NCBI GenBank assembly: GCA_964616855.1
Contig: CAZTUJ010000001.1
Location: forward strand, 384,301-448,300
DNA length: 64,000 bases
Reading direction: 5' to 3'
DNA from: an uncultured Gammaproteobacteria bacterium
GTDB taxonomy: Bacteria; Patescibacteriota; Patescibacteriia; Patescibacteriales; UBA12465
Shown here: positions 9,401 to 18,589 of the stretch, in pieces
Layout of the letters: every line of letters begins with the position of its first letter
How positions within the stretch are numbered: position 1 is the stretch's first letter
The notes under the pieces: generated by a model
Seen by the model: only the letters and a program-made list of their open reading frames with translations
Database searches by the model: none
Told to the model about the DNA's origin: nothing
Translations under genes and position numbers: made by a program

Positions 9401-10153
9401 ATGTTTTCTTCATATCTCCAAGGCTTTAGTATTCCTTTAGCACAGCTAGGGAAACATCGGGGTGATGATTATGTCGTGGTGGCAGGGGTAGTGACTACAA
9501 TGAAGAAAATTATTACCCGTAAAGGTGAATCTATGCTGTTTGTTAAAATTGAAGATAAGAGCGGCAGTGTAGAGCTTTTAGTTTTTCCGGGTTTATTAAA
9601 GAGCACTTTAGAATTATGGCAAGATAGTTCTCTAATTATCGGTCGGGGCCGACTTTCAGAAAAAGATGCTGATTTAAAAGTTTTGCTTGATCAAGCCGCT
9701 CCTTTACGCGCAGATAAGCCGCAGGAGTCTATTGATGAATTTAAGCGCTTACTCCTAGCCAATAAAGATAACGGTCGCTGGCGACGAACTGGAAATGGGG
9801 GCAATTGGAATAATGGTGCGGTGGCGGCTAATAAAGTCTTAGCGGTTGCCTCTGCTCCTGCACTTGTTAGCCCTAGTCCTAAAGAATTGGGCCCGGTTTT
9901 AAGGATCGCCTTTAAGCGCCCCCCTAGTCCTGATCAACAGGCAAGCTTAAAAGAAATTTTGGCTACTTATCCAGGTTCAAGTCCGGTGTATTTACGGGTA
10001 CCGGAAGGGAAGAAGGACTTGGTTGTAAAAATTGGTCTAGCGGTTGATGATTCGCCCGCTTTACGCGCTCGTTTACAGTCCGAGTTTGCCGGCTTTGCTC
10101 AGATTGTTGTCGCAGAGACGGATATTACCCCTGTTTCTTCGGGTAAAGTTTGA
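6449..10153 (+). CDS. dnaE: DNA polymerase III alpha subunit
   Basis: 1234 aa. It has an N-terminal PHP domain (HLHNHTHYSLLDG), a pol IIIalpha palm/fingers region (DFLGLKNLT, GVFQFES) and a C-terminal OB region. Confidence 0.95.
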   Translation: MFVHLHNHTHYSLLDGLTKIDELVNRAKEEGSMAVAITDHGVLYGAIEFYQKCKKAGVKPIIGVEAYLAPASRHDKNTRADGRSYHLVLLAENNTGYKNLIKLVSLAHLEGFYYKPRIDWELLTQHHEGLIATSACLGGEISQLILSGDLAKARKRILEYSELFGQDHYYLEIMDHPELDGQEKVNQQLIAFSKELGVPLVATNDVHYFRPEDAEAQDILLCLQNKKKIDDTDRMRMIGHGDYSMRPAAEMEKVFAHVPEAIANTVKIADMCHLDIPLGEIQLPFFDVPEGHDGDSYLRYLCERGLEKKYGLIKEGNSYRLQDGQKLIIHNLSVEKIQERLDYELGVIAKMGWPSYFLIVSDFVNWAKDNKIVVGPGRGSAAGSLVCYLTGITNLDPLLYDLLFERFLNPDRISMPDIDMDFADIRRADVLNYVEKKYGQDHVAQIITFGTMAARAAVRDVGRVLGAPYDFCDKISKSIPPLTSLTKALAEVPEVKGLYQNDPEAKKILDYAKRLEGVARHSSTHACGVLITPKPLTEYVPIQYASSADKSIISQYSLHPVEDLGLLKMDFLGLKNLTIIESALRIIKKTRGLEIDIDNLPLHDEATFRLFQQGETTGVFQFESSGMKRYLRELKPTEFEDIIAMVALYRPGPMEWIPDYIAGKHQEKKVVYLHPKLEPILARTYGVAIYQEQVMQISRALAGFTPGEADVLRKAMGKKIAALLAEQKEKFIDGCVKNGIYKELAEKVFSFIEPFAGYGFNRSHAACYAMIGYQTAYLKAHWPVEFMAALLTSDQHDSDRVAIEIEECRSMGLKVMPPDINESFDSFTVVTAGTKENRIADANEKVDTIRFGLNAVKNVGEHIVEVVIEERKQNGPYADVFDLLERVNDRDLNKKSLESLIRSGALESCGERGFLLANLEKFLLFNKEISKQQESRQVSLFASAPEFSSLSRPQLLEADPVAPMDKLSWEKELLGLYISDNPLSMFSSYLQGFSIPLAQLGKHRGDDYVVVAGVVTTMKKIITRKGESMLFVKIEDKSGSVELLVFPGLLKSTLELWQDSSLIIGRGRLSEKDADLKVLLDQAAPLRADKPQESIDEFKRLLLANKDNGRWRRTGNGGNWNNGAVAANKVLAVASAPALVSPSPKELGPVLRIAFKRPPSPDQQASLKEILATYPGSSPVYLRVPEGKKDLVVKIGLAVDDSPALRARLQSEFAGFAQIVVAETDITPVSSGKV

Positions 10154-10161
10154 AAGAATAA

Positions 10162-10190
10162 TTGTTAGCTTGTTAAAAATTTGATATAAT
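10162..10190 (+). promoter_or_regulatory. Promoter with extended -10 (TTGTTA-17-TGaTATAAT)
   Basis: Read directly from the sequence, upstream of the 10266 gene. Confidence 0.55.
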
Positions 10191-10265
10191 AAAAAAATCA
10201 GAACATCGCTTGTAGGCGATGACCTTATTCTTCATATAACCGGCTTGTCCGGAGGAAACAAGCTT

Positions 10266-11705
10266 ATGCCAAAAATAAAAAAAGAAGCCGAAAAGAAAAC
10301 GGCTGTTCGCAAAGCGCGCCCTAAACGCGTAGTTAAAAAAGAAAAAGTTTTATCTCAGATAAAACCTATTACCATTGATGTCATTGCTGATGATGAGGAG
10401 GTGTTTTTTCGGCAACCTAATGCCGAGTTACCAGAGGACGATGCTGTAGGCCGAGAAGAAATGGATGTGCAAAAAAAATTCTTTTCTGACCTAGTGGCGG
10501 AAATTAAGGATAAAAAAGTTGAGAAGACTGATTTTAATGCTGTCGCGACTAAAAATAACACTCCTCAAAGAAAATCTTTGAATCTTTATCGCCGTATTGC
10601 CTTGCAGTTTGTAGGACTTACCGTTTTATTACTCTTAGTAGTTGCCTATTTCTTTTTACCGAGCTTAACCATTTCTTTGCGCCCTAGCGCCGAGGCCGTG
10701 GCTGATACGATGACATTTAAGATTATTGCTGAAGATAGTGAAAGCGAAGAGCCGGCAGCGGCTAACAGCCGTAGCCTAAAAGGAGAAATTAGGGTTTTAC
10801 CTTTGAGCGCGGAAAAAGTCTATGAAGCTAGTGGCGAAGAGATTTTGGGAGAAGAAGTTATTGGTGAAGTCACTTTACATAATGAATATAATAAAGCCCA
10901 ACCCTTAGTAGCTAAGACGCGTTTGCTTAGTACCGATAATAAGCTTTTCCGTTTGAGAGAAGCGGTTAATATTCCGGCTGGTGGGACCGTAAAGGCGGCC
11001 GTCTACGCTGATGAGAATTCAGAAGAAATGGCCATTGCCCCCACTCGTTTTACCATTCCCGGCCTTTGGCTCGGTTTACAGGACAAAATCTATGCTACTA
11101 GTGAAGAAAAATTTGAATACCGCCATCAAGTAAAGAAATATGTAAAACAGAGAGACCTAGATCAAGCTTTAAGTGATATTAAAAAAACTCTAGACAGCAA
11201 GGCAGAAAAATCCCTTAATTCTTTAGATGATGTTTCTGTTGCCATGGCCTATTCTTTGGATGAAAATGCGGCTATCGTTAAAGTGGGGGCTAAGTTAGGC
11301 GAGGAGGTGGCTGAATTTACCGTTTCCGCGGAAAATAATTTAGCAGTAGCCCTTTTTCCGCAAAGTGAAGCTGAGAATTTGGTAAAGGCTAAGTTGGCCT
11401 TCTTGTTGCCAGATGATAAGAAGCTGTCTTCTTTTGATAGTAATGAGATTGATTATCGCCTTGATTCCTTTGATGCCGAGTCTAAAACTGGTAGTGTCAC
11501 TGCTAGCTTCAAGGGCAGTATGTCTTTGCGCACGGATGCTAATATTATTGATAAGCGTCAGGTGGTTAATCTTAATCAAACACAAATTTCTGAATATTTA
11601 AGCGCTTTTCCGGAAATTGAATCTTATGAGCTTAATTTTTTCCCCAGTTTTATTAAGCGCGCCCCTAGTTTAGCCGATCGGATTAAAGTTGAAGTTATTC
11701 AATAA
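10266..11705 (+). CDS. Hypothetical membrane-anchored protein (basic N-terminus, one TM, large extracytoplasmic part)
   Basis: I prefer the ATG at 10266, which is preceded by GGAGGA 9 nt upstream, over the track's 10245 start. The TM segment is IALQFVGLTVLLLLVVAYFF. No family was recognised. Confidence 0.6.
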   Translation: MPKIKKEAEKKTAVRKARPKRVVKKEKVLSQIKPITIDVIADDEEVFFRQPNAELPEDDAVGREEMDVQKKFFSDLVAEIKDKKVEKTDFNAVATKNNTPQRKSLNLYRRIALQFVGLTVLLLLVVAYFFLPSLTISLRPSAEAVADTMTFKIIAEDSESEEPAAANSRSLKGEIRVLPLSAEKVYEASGEEILGEEVIGEVTLHNEYNKAQPLVAKTRLLSTDNKLFRLREAVNIPAGGTVKAAVYADENSEEMAIAPTRFTIPGLWLGLQDKIYATSEEKFEYRHQVKKYVKQRDLDQALSDIKKTLDSKAEKSLNSLDDVSVAMAYSLDENAAIVKVGAKLGEEVAEFTVSAENNLAVALFPQSEAENLVKAKLAFLLPDDKKLSSFDSNEIDYRLDSFDAESKTGSVTASFKGSMSLRTDANIIDKRQVVNLNQTQISEYLSAFPEIESYELNFFPSFIKRAPSLADRIKVEVIQ

Positions 11706-11720
11706 GCAATTGAGTTTATA

Positions 11721-11747
11721 AAAAAGACGCTAACTAGCGTCTTTTTT
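11721..11747. terminator. Bidirectional intrinsic terminator
   Basis: AAAAAGACGCTA-AC-TAGCGTCTTTTTT lies between convergent genes. Confidence 0.8.
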
Positions 11748-11763
11748 AGTATTTACGATTATT

Positions 11764-12717
11764 TTAGAATAATCCGAGAATTTTGTTTTTGTTTTTTTTC
11801 TTGGGGGCGGCTTTACTTTTTAAAATCTTCAGGGCTTCTTGATAGCTTTGACCTTGGTGGAGCATGGCATTAATTGCTTTACCTAGGGCGATGGCCTCTG
11901 TTAGGGGCCGTTGGTGGAGGTTGCGGCCGACAGCTAAACCGGCTGAGCCATTTTTCAATTGCCGTTCAAGGTGTTTCAATAACTCTTCCGCTCCTTGCTT
12001 GCTGCCACCGACGCAAATAACCTGAGTTTTGCCGGCCGCCTTAATTACTTCTTGAAAAGCATAGGCTTTTTTATCTGAATTAGCGGTTTTATAGGGATAC
12101 TTAACTTTAACAAAGTCAGCCCCTAGGCAAGCAGCGACGCCCGCACCGCCGGCAATTAGGTGGACATTATCTTCGTCCTTAATTTTAGAGTTACGGGGAT
12201 ACATCCAAATAATGGCGAGCAGACCGGCTTGGTGGGCGGCTTGGATAGTAGCGGCCGCTTCTTTTAGCATTTCTGCTTCGCGTTTACCGCCGAGATAGAC
12301 CGTATAGCCAAGACCAACAATTTTTAGCTTGCTTTGCTCTTGAAAGCGGATGATTTGATCAAGTGGGAGCCAAGCGGCACTGTAGCTGTCATCAGGACTG
12401 CTATCGAGAGGGCTCTTGCCGTTTACTTTAAGGATGAAGGGCAGTTGGGAATAGTTATGGCCATAATGTGCCAGCAGGCCAATATGGACTGCCAGGACGG
12501 CTCCGGGTAAGCCTGCGGCAATTTGGAAAAGATGTTCAGGGGAAGCATCAGCGGGGGCAATCCCGGAACCATAAAAATCGGCATTGAGATGTTCCACTTT
12601 TTGATCGCCGGCGAAAAGAAAGAGGCGCCCGGTGTTATTGGTAGCAATTTTAAAATTACGCTCGTAAGTCGCTTTTTTCTTGTTGGGCACCGATAAAGGG
12701 ATGGCTAATTTCGGCAT
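11764..12717 (-). CDS. Class I aldolase, DhnA/FbaB (archaeal-type fructose-bisphosphate aldolase) family
   Basis: 317 aa with a TIM-barrel aldolase pattern. The Schiff-base lysine context is DFVKVKYP, and a GGSK motif is present. Confidence 0.7.
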   Translation of the reverse strand: MPKLAIPLSVPNKKKATYERNFKIATNNTGRLFLFAGDQKVEHLNADFYGSGIAPADASPEHLFQIAAGLPGAVLAVHIGLLAHYGHNYSQLPFILKVNGKSPLDSSPDDSYSAAWLPLDQIIRFQEQSKLKIVGLGYTVYLGGKREAEMLKEAAATIQAAHQAGLLAIIWMYPRNSKIKDEDNVHLIAGGAGVAACLGADFVKVKYPYKTANSDKKAYAFQEVIKAAGKTQVICVGGSKQGAEELLKHLERQLKNGSAGLAVGRNLHQRPLTEAIALGKAINAMLHQGQSYQEALKILKSKAAPKKKNKNKILGLF

Positions 12718-12746
12718 AGGATTGGTTTTAAAAACTTAAATTATTA

Positions 12747-12755
12747 TGCTATAAT
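12747..12755 (+). promoter_or_regulatory. Extended -10 element (TGcTATAAT)
   Basis: It lies about 28 nt upstream of the 12783 start. Confidence 0.45.
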
Positions 12756-12782
12756 CAAATTATTCTTAATTATATCATATCT

Positions 12783-13703
12783 ATGGAAAAGAAGAATAGA
12801 GTCAAGACAGGAGTGGATTTAAAAAAATATGAAGATTCGGGTGGCGTCACCATCGGGAAGATGCATTTTGGTTTGTGGCTATCTTCCAATCGCCGCCGTA
12901 TTTTTAAAGGGATTATTATTTTTTTAATTATTGCTTCGGCCGGCATGCTAATTTATTCTAGTTATAGCTACGTCTTTTATCTTCTATATGGACGTGATGC
13001 CGATAAGGAGCTTAGCAATAGTTTAACGGAAAGCCAATTAGATACACAGGCTTATCGTGAAGCTAATGAGCCGATAGACTTAGAAATTGGCACGGTGAAT
13101 GTTTTTTCCGTTCAAGGGCGCTATGATTTCTTTGTCCCTATTAAAAATCTAAATCCTAAGCATGTTAGTAATTTTAGTTATTGTTTTCGCGATGGCGCCG
13201 GCGTGGATTTACTCTGTGGTAGCAGTTTTATCTTGCCGGGCTCAGATAAATATTTAGTGGTGGCGGGCAAGGAGTTGGAACAGGTTCCTGGTGCCGTAAA
13301 GTTTGTAATTACAAATTTTGCTTGGCAGCGCTTGAATGCACATGATATTCCTGACTGGCAGACATATGCGGCGACACGTTTAAATTTTAGTATTTCCGAT
13401 TTAAAATATAGCGCCCCTGATAATAGTGCTAAGAATCCTTTTCATAATCTTAGCTTTACTTTAAAAAATAATACGCCCTATCATTTTTCCCGTCTCCCCT
13501 TTGCTATTGTTTTATGGAATGGAAGTAATCCCACGGGAGTCAACCTGTCGGCTGCTGATAATTTTCTTTCTTCAGAGACCCGGGAAATTCATTTATCTTG
13601 GCCTTCCGGCGGAGAAAGGGCAGGTCGAGCGGAAGTAAAAATTGATTTAAATATTCTTGATAATTCAATTTATTTACCTTATCGGGGTGATAGTCAGCCT
13701 TAA
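12783..13703 (+). CDS. Hypothetical membrane-anchored protein
   Basis: 306 aa with one N-terminal TM (IFKGIIIFLIIASAGMLIY). No family was recognised. Confidence 0.55.
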   Translation: MEKKNRVKTGVDLKKYEDSGGVTIGKMHFGLWLSSNRRRIFKGIIIFLIIASAGMLIYSSYSYVFYLLYGRDADKELSNSLTESQLDTQAYREANEPIDLEIGTVNVFSVQGRYDFFVPIKNLNPKHVSNFSYCFRDGAGVDLLCGSSFILPGSDKYLVVAGKELEQVPGAVKFVITNFAWQRLNAHDIPDWQTYAATRLNFSISDLKYSAPDNSAKNPFHNLSFTLKNNTPYHFSRLPFAIVLWNGSNPTGVNLSAADNFLSSETREIHLSWPSGGERAGRAEVKIDLNILDNSIYLPYRGDSQP

Positions 13704-13706
13704 TTT

Positions 13707-14813
13707 ATGTGGTTGCGCCTTAAACTTTATTTTAAAGAATTTGATTGGCTACTTTTAGCCGCAGTTGTATTATTATCTGCTTTTGGCTTGATGGAAATAT
13801 ACAGTGTGGCGCTAGGGCAGGGAAATTTAAATCTGCTTAATTTCTATAAGCAGATTCTTTTTATTGTTATTGGCTTATTACTTTTATTTATTTTTTCTTT
13901 AATTGATTATCGTTTTTTAAAAAGTTTACGCCGTTATCTCTACGGTTTTGGGGCCTTAATTCTTGGTTTAGTTTTATTACTTGGTTCCAGTATCCGTGGC
14001 ACTCGTGGTTGGTTTGATGTGGCTGGTTTTGGTATCCAGCCGGTGGAAATTATTAAAATTATTCTTTTAATTTTTTTAGCCGGTTATTTTTCCGATTTGG
14101 CAACTAAAGTTAAAACTTTAAGGCACTTCATCGTTTCCGCTTTAAGCGCCGCCTTTTTAATGTTTTTAGTGCTCCTGCAGCCTGATTTTGGCTCGGCTTT
14201 AATGTTGGGCGCAATTTGGTTAGTGATGGTTATCTTGGCCGGATTTCCTAAAAAATATTTAATTGTTACAGGCACGGTGGCGTTAGTTGCCTTCATTCTC
14301 GCCTGGTCTTTCTTTTTTAAACCTTACCAGCAGCAGAGAGTTTTGACTTTATTTAATCCGGGTGATAATGCTTTGGCTGAGGGCTATAATATTTCTCAAG
14401 CAATTATCGCCGTCGGTTCTGGTTCCTGGCACGGCAAAGGGGTGGGCTTTGGTTCTCAATCGCAGTTAAAATTCTTACCAGAAGCGCAGAATGACTTTAT
14501 TTTTGCAGTTATTGCTGAAGAATTAGGGTTTTTAGGAGTAAGCTTGGTTCTATTATTTTTTTCCTTGTTTTTTAATCGTTGTTTGGTGGCCGTAAAAAGA
14601 TTACCCAATGATTTCAGCATTTACTTCGTGCTCGGGGCCGCGGGCTTGATTTTTATTCAAATGTTTATTAATATTGGTATGAATATCGGAATAATGCCGG
14701 TGGTTGGTTTGTCTTTGCCATTTATTAGTTATGGTGGCAGCTCCATCTTCTCCTTGTTTATTCTTACCGGTATTATTGAAAATATTATTATCAAATCGAA
14801 AATTAATTATTAG
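13707..14813 (+). CDS. SEDS-family peptidoglycan glycosyltransferase (FtsW/RodA/SpoVE)
   Basis: 368-aa polytopic protein. QPDFGSA, NDFIFAVI.EELGF and LPFISYGGSS motifs fit the family. Confidence 0.9.
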   Translation: MWLRLKLYFKEFDWLLLAAVVLLSAFGLMEIYSVALGQGNLNLLNFYKQILFIVIGLLLLFIFSLIDYRFLKSLRRYLYGFGALILGLVLLLGSSIRGTRGWFDVAGFGIQPVEIIKIILLIFLAGYFSDLATKVKTLRHFIVSALSAAFLMFLVLLQPDFGSALMLGAIWLVMVILAGFPKKYLIVTGTVALVAFILAWSFFFKPYQQQRVLTLFNPGDNALAEGYNISQAIIAVGSGSWHGKGVGFGSQSQLKFLPEAQNDFIFAVIAEELGFLGVSLVLLFFSLFFNRCLVAVKRLPNDFSIYFVLGAAGLIFIQMFINIGMNIGIMPVVGLSLPFISYGGSSIFSLFILTGIIENIIIKSKINY

Positions 14814-14860
14814 CCGCCGTCCGCTGAGAGAAATTTAGCTGAGAGGCGCTAGCAGTATCT

Positions 14861-15481
14861 ATGGAATTAAAATTATTAGCTGAAATTAGAACAAAAAAAG
14901 AGAAATTAGCCCCAGACCAATTAGCCGGTATTTTATACGGTCGTGGCTTGGAGAGCATCCAGTTGAAGCTTAACTATAATGTTTTTAATAAGCTTTTTAC
15001 AGAAGCAGGGGAATCAAATCTAATTTCCTTGTCTTTAGATGGACAAGAATTCCCGGTATTAGTCAAGGCTACCCAGAAGGATGTTTTAAAAAATACCTTT
15101 ATCCATGTAGATTTCTATAAGGTGAATATGAAAGAAAAAGTCCGCGCTGAAGTTCCTTTGGAGTTTGTGGGTGAATCTAAGGCAGTCAAAGAACTGAGTG
15201 GTGTCTTTATTGCCAATATCGATGAAATTTCGGTTGAATGTTTGCCGGCTGATTTAGTTGATCACATTGATGTTGATATCTCTAATTTAAATGAATTTGG
15301 CGATTTGTTACGTTTAAGCGATGTGCACTTACCCAAGGGTATGGAAATTTTGCATCATGAAGGCAATGAAGTGGTTTGCGTCGTGGAAGAACCGAAGAAG
15401 GTAGTAGTTGAGGAGGTTGTTGCCGCGGAAGTAGCAGCTGCTCCGGCCGAAGAAGCAAAGCCCGCCCCTGAGGCTAAATAA
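14861..15481 (+). CDS. rplY: 50S ribosomal protein L25 / general stress protein Ctc
   Basis: 206 aa. GILYGRG and the HVDFYKV-type core are present, with an acidic/Ala-rich tail. Confidence 0.85.
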   Translation: MELKLLAEIRTKKEKLAPDQLAGILYGRGLESIQLKLNYNVFNKLFTEAGESNLISLSLDGQEFPVLVKATQKDVLKNTFIHVDFYKVNMKEKVRAEVPLEFVGESKAVKELSGVFIANIDEISVECLPADLVDHIDVDISNLNEFGDLLRLSDVHLPKGMEILHHEGNEVVCVVEEPKKVVVEEVVAAEVAAAPAEEAKPAPEAK

Positions 15482-15502
15482 AACCCTAAGGGTTTGATCG
15501 CT

Positions 15503-16591
15503 ATGGAGGATAAAAATAAAAATTTCTTTTTTTCTAAAAAGGGAAGAGCCTTGTTGGCCCTCTCCCTTTTTGTATTATTTTTTTCCGCTCTTGGCTTATA
15601 TTATTTTGTCTTTGCCCCTAACTGGTCTTGGTTAGAAAATCTTTTTGCTAAAAAGCCAGGAGTAGAAATTATTGAAGAAACACCAATAGTAGCTTCGACT
15701 AGCCCCATTTGCCCTGATTGTCAGCCGCGCTGGCTGGATGGGGTGTTGGTAGCAGCAACTGCTACTAATGTTTTTCCGGTTGCAGTGGTGATTGATAATG
15801 ATATTCTCGCTCGGCCGCAAGCAGGGCTAAGCCAAGCCTCCTTGGTTTACGAAGCACCAGTAGAGGGCGGCATGACTAGATTCTTGGCAATTTTCCCAGC
15901 TGATGTAGATTTAAGCGCGGTCGGCCCGATTCGCAGTGCTCGGCCTTATTTTGTTGCTTGGGCAGAAGAGCTGGGGGCTCTTTTTGTCCACTGTGGCGGC
16001 AGTCCTGAAGCTTTAGAAGCGATTAGTAGCGCTTCTTTATACGACTTAAATGAGTTTTACAATAGTACTTATTTTTGGCGGGATCAGTCGATTGCGCGAA
16101 CGGCTCCGCACAATGTTTTAAGTAATAGTGAAAAAATTAGCTCTTATTTAGATAAGCGTGGCTTAGTGGAAAAAAAGGCGGACGCTTGGTTGTTTAAAGA
16201 GGAGGGCGAACACGCCTCTTCTTCTCCAGATTTAAAAATTTATTTTAGTTTGAATTTTCAAACTTTATGGCGCTATAATGCCGACGCCAATGTCTATTTT
16301 CGTTTTTTTAATGGTAATGAAAGCGTGGATGAAAGTGGAGCTATTAGCGCCAAAAATATTATTGTGCATTATTTAGAGAGTGAAGTTTTAGATGCGGCTG
16401 GGCGTTTGCGTTTAAGCATGAACGGCACGGGCCAGGCTTTGATTTGTCTTGATGGCACTTGTCAGCCAGGCGAATGGCGGAAGAGTACTAATAACCGGAC
16501 CCGCTATTATTATAAAAATGGGGAAGAGATAAAATTAAATCCAGGGGTGACCTGGATCGAAGTAGCGGATACTAATACAAGGGTAAATTGA
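15503..16591 (+). CDS. DUF3048 domain-containing protein (YerB-like)
   Basis: N-terminal TM, then PVAVVIDN...ARPQAGLSQASLVYEAPVEGGMTRFLAIF, typical of DUF3048. The start is uncertain (TTG at 15494 or ATG at 15503). Confidence 0.7.
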   Translation: MEDKNKNFFFSKKGRALLALSLFVLFFSALGLYYFVFAPNWSWLENLFAKKPGVEIIEETPIVASTSPICPDCQPRWLDGVLVAATATNVFPVAVVIDNDILARPQAGLSQASLVYEAPVEGGMTRFLAIFPADVDLSAVGPIRSARPYFVAWAEELGALFVHCGGSPEALEAISSASLYDLNEFYNSTYFWRDQSIARTAPHNVLSNSEKISSYLDKRGLVEKKADAWLFKEEGEHASSSPDLKIYFSLNFQTLWRYNADANVYFRFFNGNESVDESGAISAKNIIVHYLESEVLDAAGRLRLSMNGTGQALICLDGTCQPGEWRKSTNNRTRYYYKNGEEIKLNPGVTWIEVADTNTRVN

Positions 16592-17464
16592 TTATTTTTC
16601 TATTTGGATAAAACGTGTGCGGCCGCTGAGGTCGGACACTTTTTTAATTTCTGCTTTTGGAAAAAGAGCCTTAGCTTTTTTTATTAGCCCGGTTGCTTGT
16701 TGAGGATTAATTTCCATCATTAAAGAAAAAGGCCGGTCTTTAAGGCTTGTCTTTAAATCATGTAAAAGTCGGCGGTAGAGAGTGAGTCCGTCGCGGCCGC
16801 CGACGAGGGCGATCCGAGGTTCGTGAGTCAGACTCTTTTCTGCCTGGTGTTCACGCGAACTAAGATAAGGTAAATTAGCGGCAATGAATAAAGCCCTACC
16901 TGAGGCGGAAATAAATTCTTTTTTAAAGGGTGAAAAAAGATTCCCTTGGCGGAAAGTTATTTTTTTATCTAGCCTTAAAGATAGAGCATTGCGGTGCGCC
17001 ATCTTTAAAGCGGCGGCAGAAATATCTCCGGCATAAAAATGGGTTTGACGATAGCTTTGAGGAGATTCCTGGCGCCAAGCAGCGGCTAAAGAGAGAATTA
17101 GGGCGCCGGAACCGGTGCCTAAGTCTAAAAAATCAAATTGCTTATGGGCACGAGCAAACTCAAGGCCTGTTTCCACGATAATTTCGCTTTCTGGGCGGGG
17201 AATTAAAACCGCCGGAGAAACAAAGAAGTCATGCTGATAAAAAGACTTTTTACCCATTAAGTAAGCTAAGGGCCAGTGTTCTTGTCTTTTTTGTTGATAT
17301 TTTTTAAAAAGCTTTTCTTCGCTGGCCTTTAATTTGTATTCGGGGTGGGCAAGCACCCAGGCTTCATTTTTTTTACAAACAAAAGCCAGGAGCGTGATCT
17401 TCTCCCGGCCTAAAGTATTTTTTTGATATAAATAGTCAGCGAGACTAGACATAGTCTTAGGCAC
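16592..17464 (-). CDS. prmC: Release-factor glutamine N5-methyltransferase PrmC/HemK
   Basis: The SAM motif DLGTGSG is present. The catalytic tetrapeptide reads NLPY instead of NPPY. The gene overlaps the prfA stop by 8 nt. Confidence 0.85.
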   Translation of the reverse strand: MPKTMSSLADYLYQKNTLGREKITLLAFVCKKNEAWVLAHPEYKLKASEEKLFKKYQQKRQEHWPLAYLMGKKSFYQHDFFVSPAVLIPRPESEIIVETGLEFARAHKQFDFLDLGTGSGALILSLAAAWRQESPQSYRQTHFYAGDISAAALKMAHRNALSLRLDKKITFRQGNLFSPFKKEFISASGRALFIAANLPYLSSREHQAEKSLTHEPRIALVGGRDGLTLYRRLLHDLKTSLKDRPFSLMMEINPQQATGLIKKAKALFPKAEIKKVSDLSGRTRFIQIEK

Positions 17465-18494
17465 GTAAGGCTTTTTTGACAGTTTTAATAATTTCTTCTA
17501 AGTCACCGTCCATAATGGCACTGAGATTGTGCCAAGATTGACCGGCGCGATGGTCAGTGAGGCGGTCCTGAGGGAAATTATAAGTTTTAATCTTGTCACT
17601 GCGATCGCCAGCGCCTACTTGGTCTTTACGGGCGCTTGATTCGGCGGCCATTCTTTCTTCTTCTTGGCGGGCTAAAAGGCGAGAGCGTAATACCTGTAGA
17701 GCCTTTTCTTTATTTTGATGTTGTGATTTTTGATCTTGGCAACTAACAATGATACCGGTGGGGAGATGGAGGATACGAATAGCGGAATAGGTGGTATTAA
17801 CACTTTGGCCGCCCGGTCCGCTGGAACAGAAGGTATCAATACGGATATCTGACATTTTTAATTCTACATCTACTTCTTCTGCTTCCGGCAAAACCACGAC
17901 CGTGGCGGTAGAAGTATGAATACGTCCTTGTTTTTCTGTGTCAGGGACGCGCTGAACGCGGTGCGTACCAGCTTCGTATTTTAAAGCGCCAAAAGCACCA
18001 TTACCTTTGATGTTAAAGATTATTTCTTTAAAGCCGCCAATACCGATGGCGCTAGAGTCAATCATTTCTGTTTTCCAACCGCGACGTTCGCAGAAACGCA
18101 CGTACATGCGGAAAAGATCACCAGCAAATAGAGCGGCTTCATCGCCGCCAGTGCCGGCTCGGATTTCTAAAATAGCGGATTTATGGTCATTGGGGCCCTG
18201 GGGGTGACGTTCTTCATCAATTTCTTCACGGACGCGGAGGAGACTCTCGTTTAACAGGGCTAATTCTTCGGTAGCCATGGCTTTAAGTTCATCTTCGCCC
18301 GTTTGCGTCAACATAGCAGTGTTTTCGGCAATTTCTTTTTCTATTCTTTCTTCAGTATTAATCAGTTTGATTAGATTTTTGAGAGCAGCGTGGGCTTGGG
18401 AAATTTTAATCATTTCCTGGGGCTGTTTTAATAGCTCGGGGTCGGAGAGGCGACGTTCAATGTCCGCAAATTTTTCTTTAATGTCTTCGTACAT
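17457..18494 (-). CDS. prfA: Peptide chain release factor 1
   Basis: The GGQ motif (SGPGGQSVN) is present. The RF1-type recognition tripeptide context is RVQRVPDTEKQGRIHTS. Confidence 0.95.
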   Translation of the reverse strand: MYEDIKEKFADIERRLSDPELLKQPQEMIKISQAHAALKNLIKLINTEERIEKEIAENTAMLTQTGEDELKAMATEELALLNESLLRVREEIDEERHPQGPNDHKSAILEIRAGTGGDEAALFAGDLFRMYVRFCERRGWKTEMIDSSAIGIGGFKEIIFNIKGNGAFGALKYEAGTHRVQRVPDTEKQGRIHTSTATVVVLPEAEEVDVELKMSDIRIDTFCSSGPGGQSVNTTYSAIRILHLPTGIIVSCQDQKSQHQNKEKALQVLRSRLLARQEEERMAAESSARKDQVGAGDRSDKIKTYNFPQDRLTDHRAGQSWHNLSAIMDGDLEEIIKTVKKALRA

Positions 18495-18505
18495 ATAACG
18501 AGTGC

Positions 18506-18573
18506 TAAAAAAATAATTAGCTCTGTTGCTATTACTTCACTTGCAAGCAAGTTTAATAATAAGAGCTAATTAT
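18506..18573 (-). terminator. Long imperfect hairpin plus U-run between rpmE and prfA (terminator/attenuator)
   Basis: Perfect 12-bp outer stem ATAATTAGCTCT/AGAGCTAATTAT with further inner pairing, followed on the minus strand by TTTTTTT. Confidence 0.65.
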
Positions 18574-18589
18574 CTTTATGAGTGCGTAT

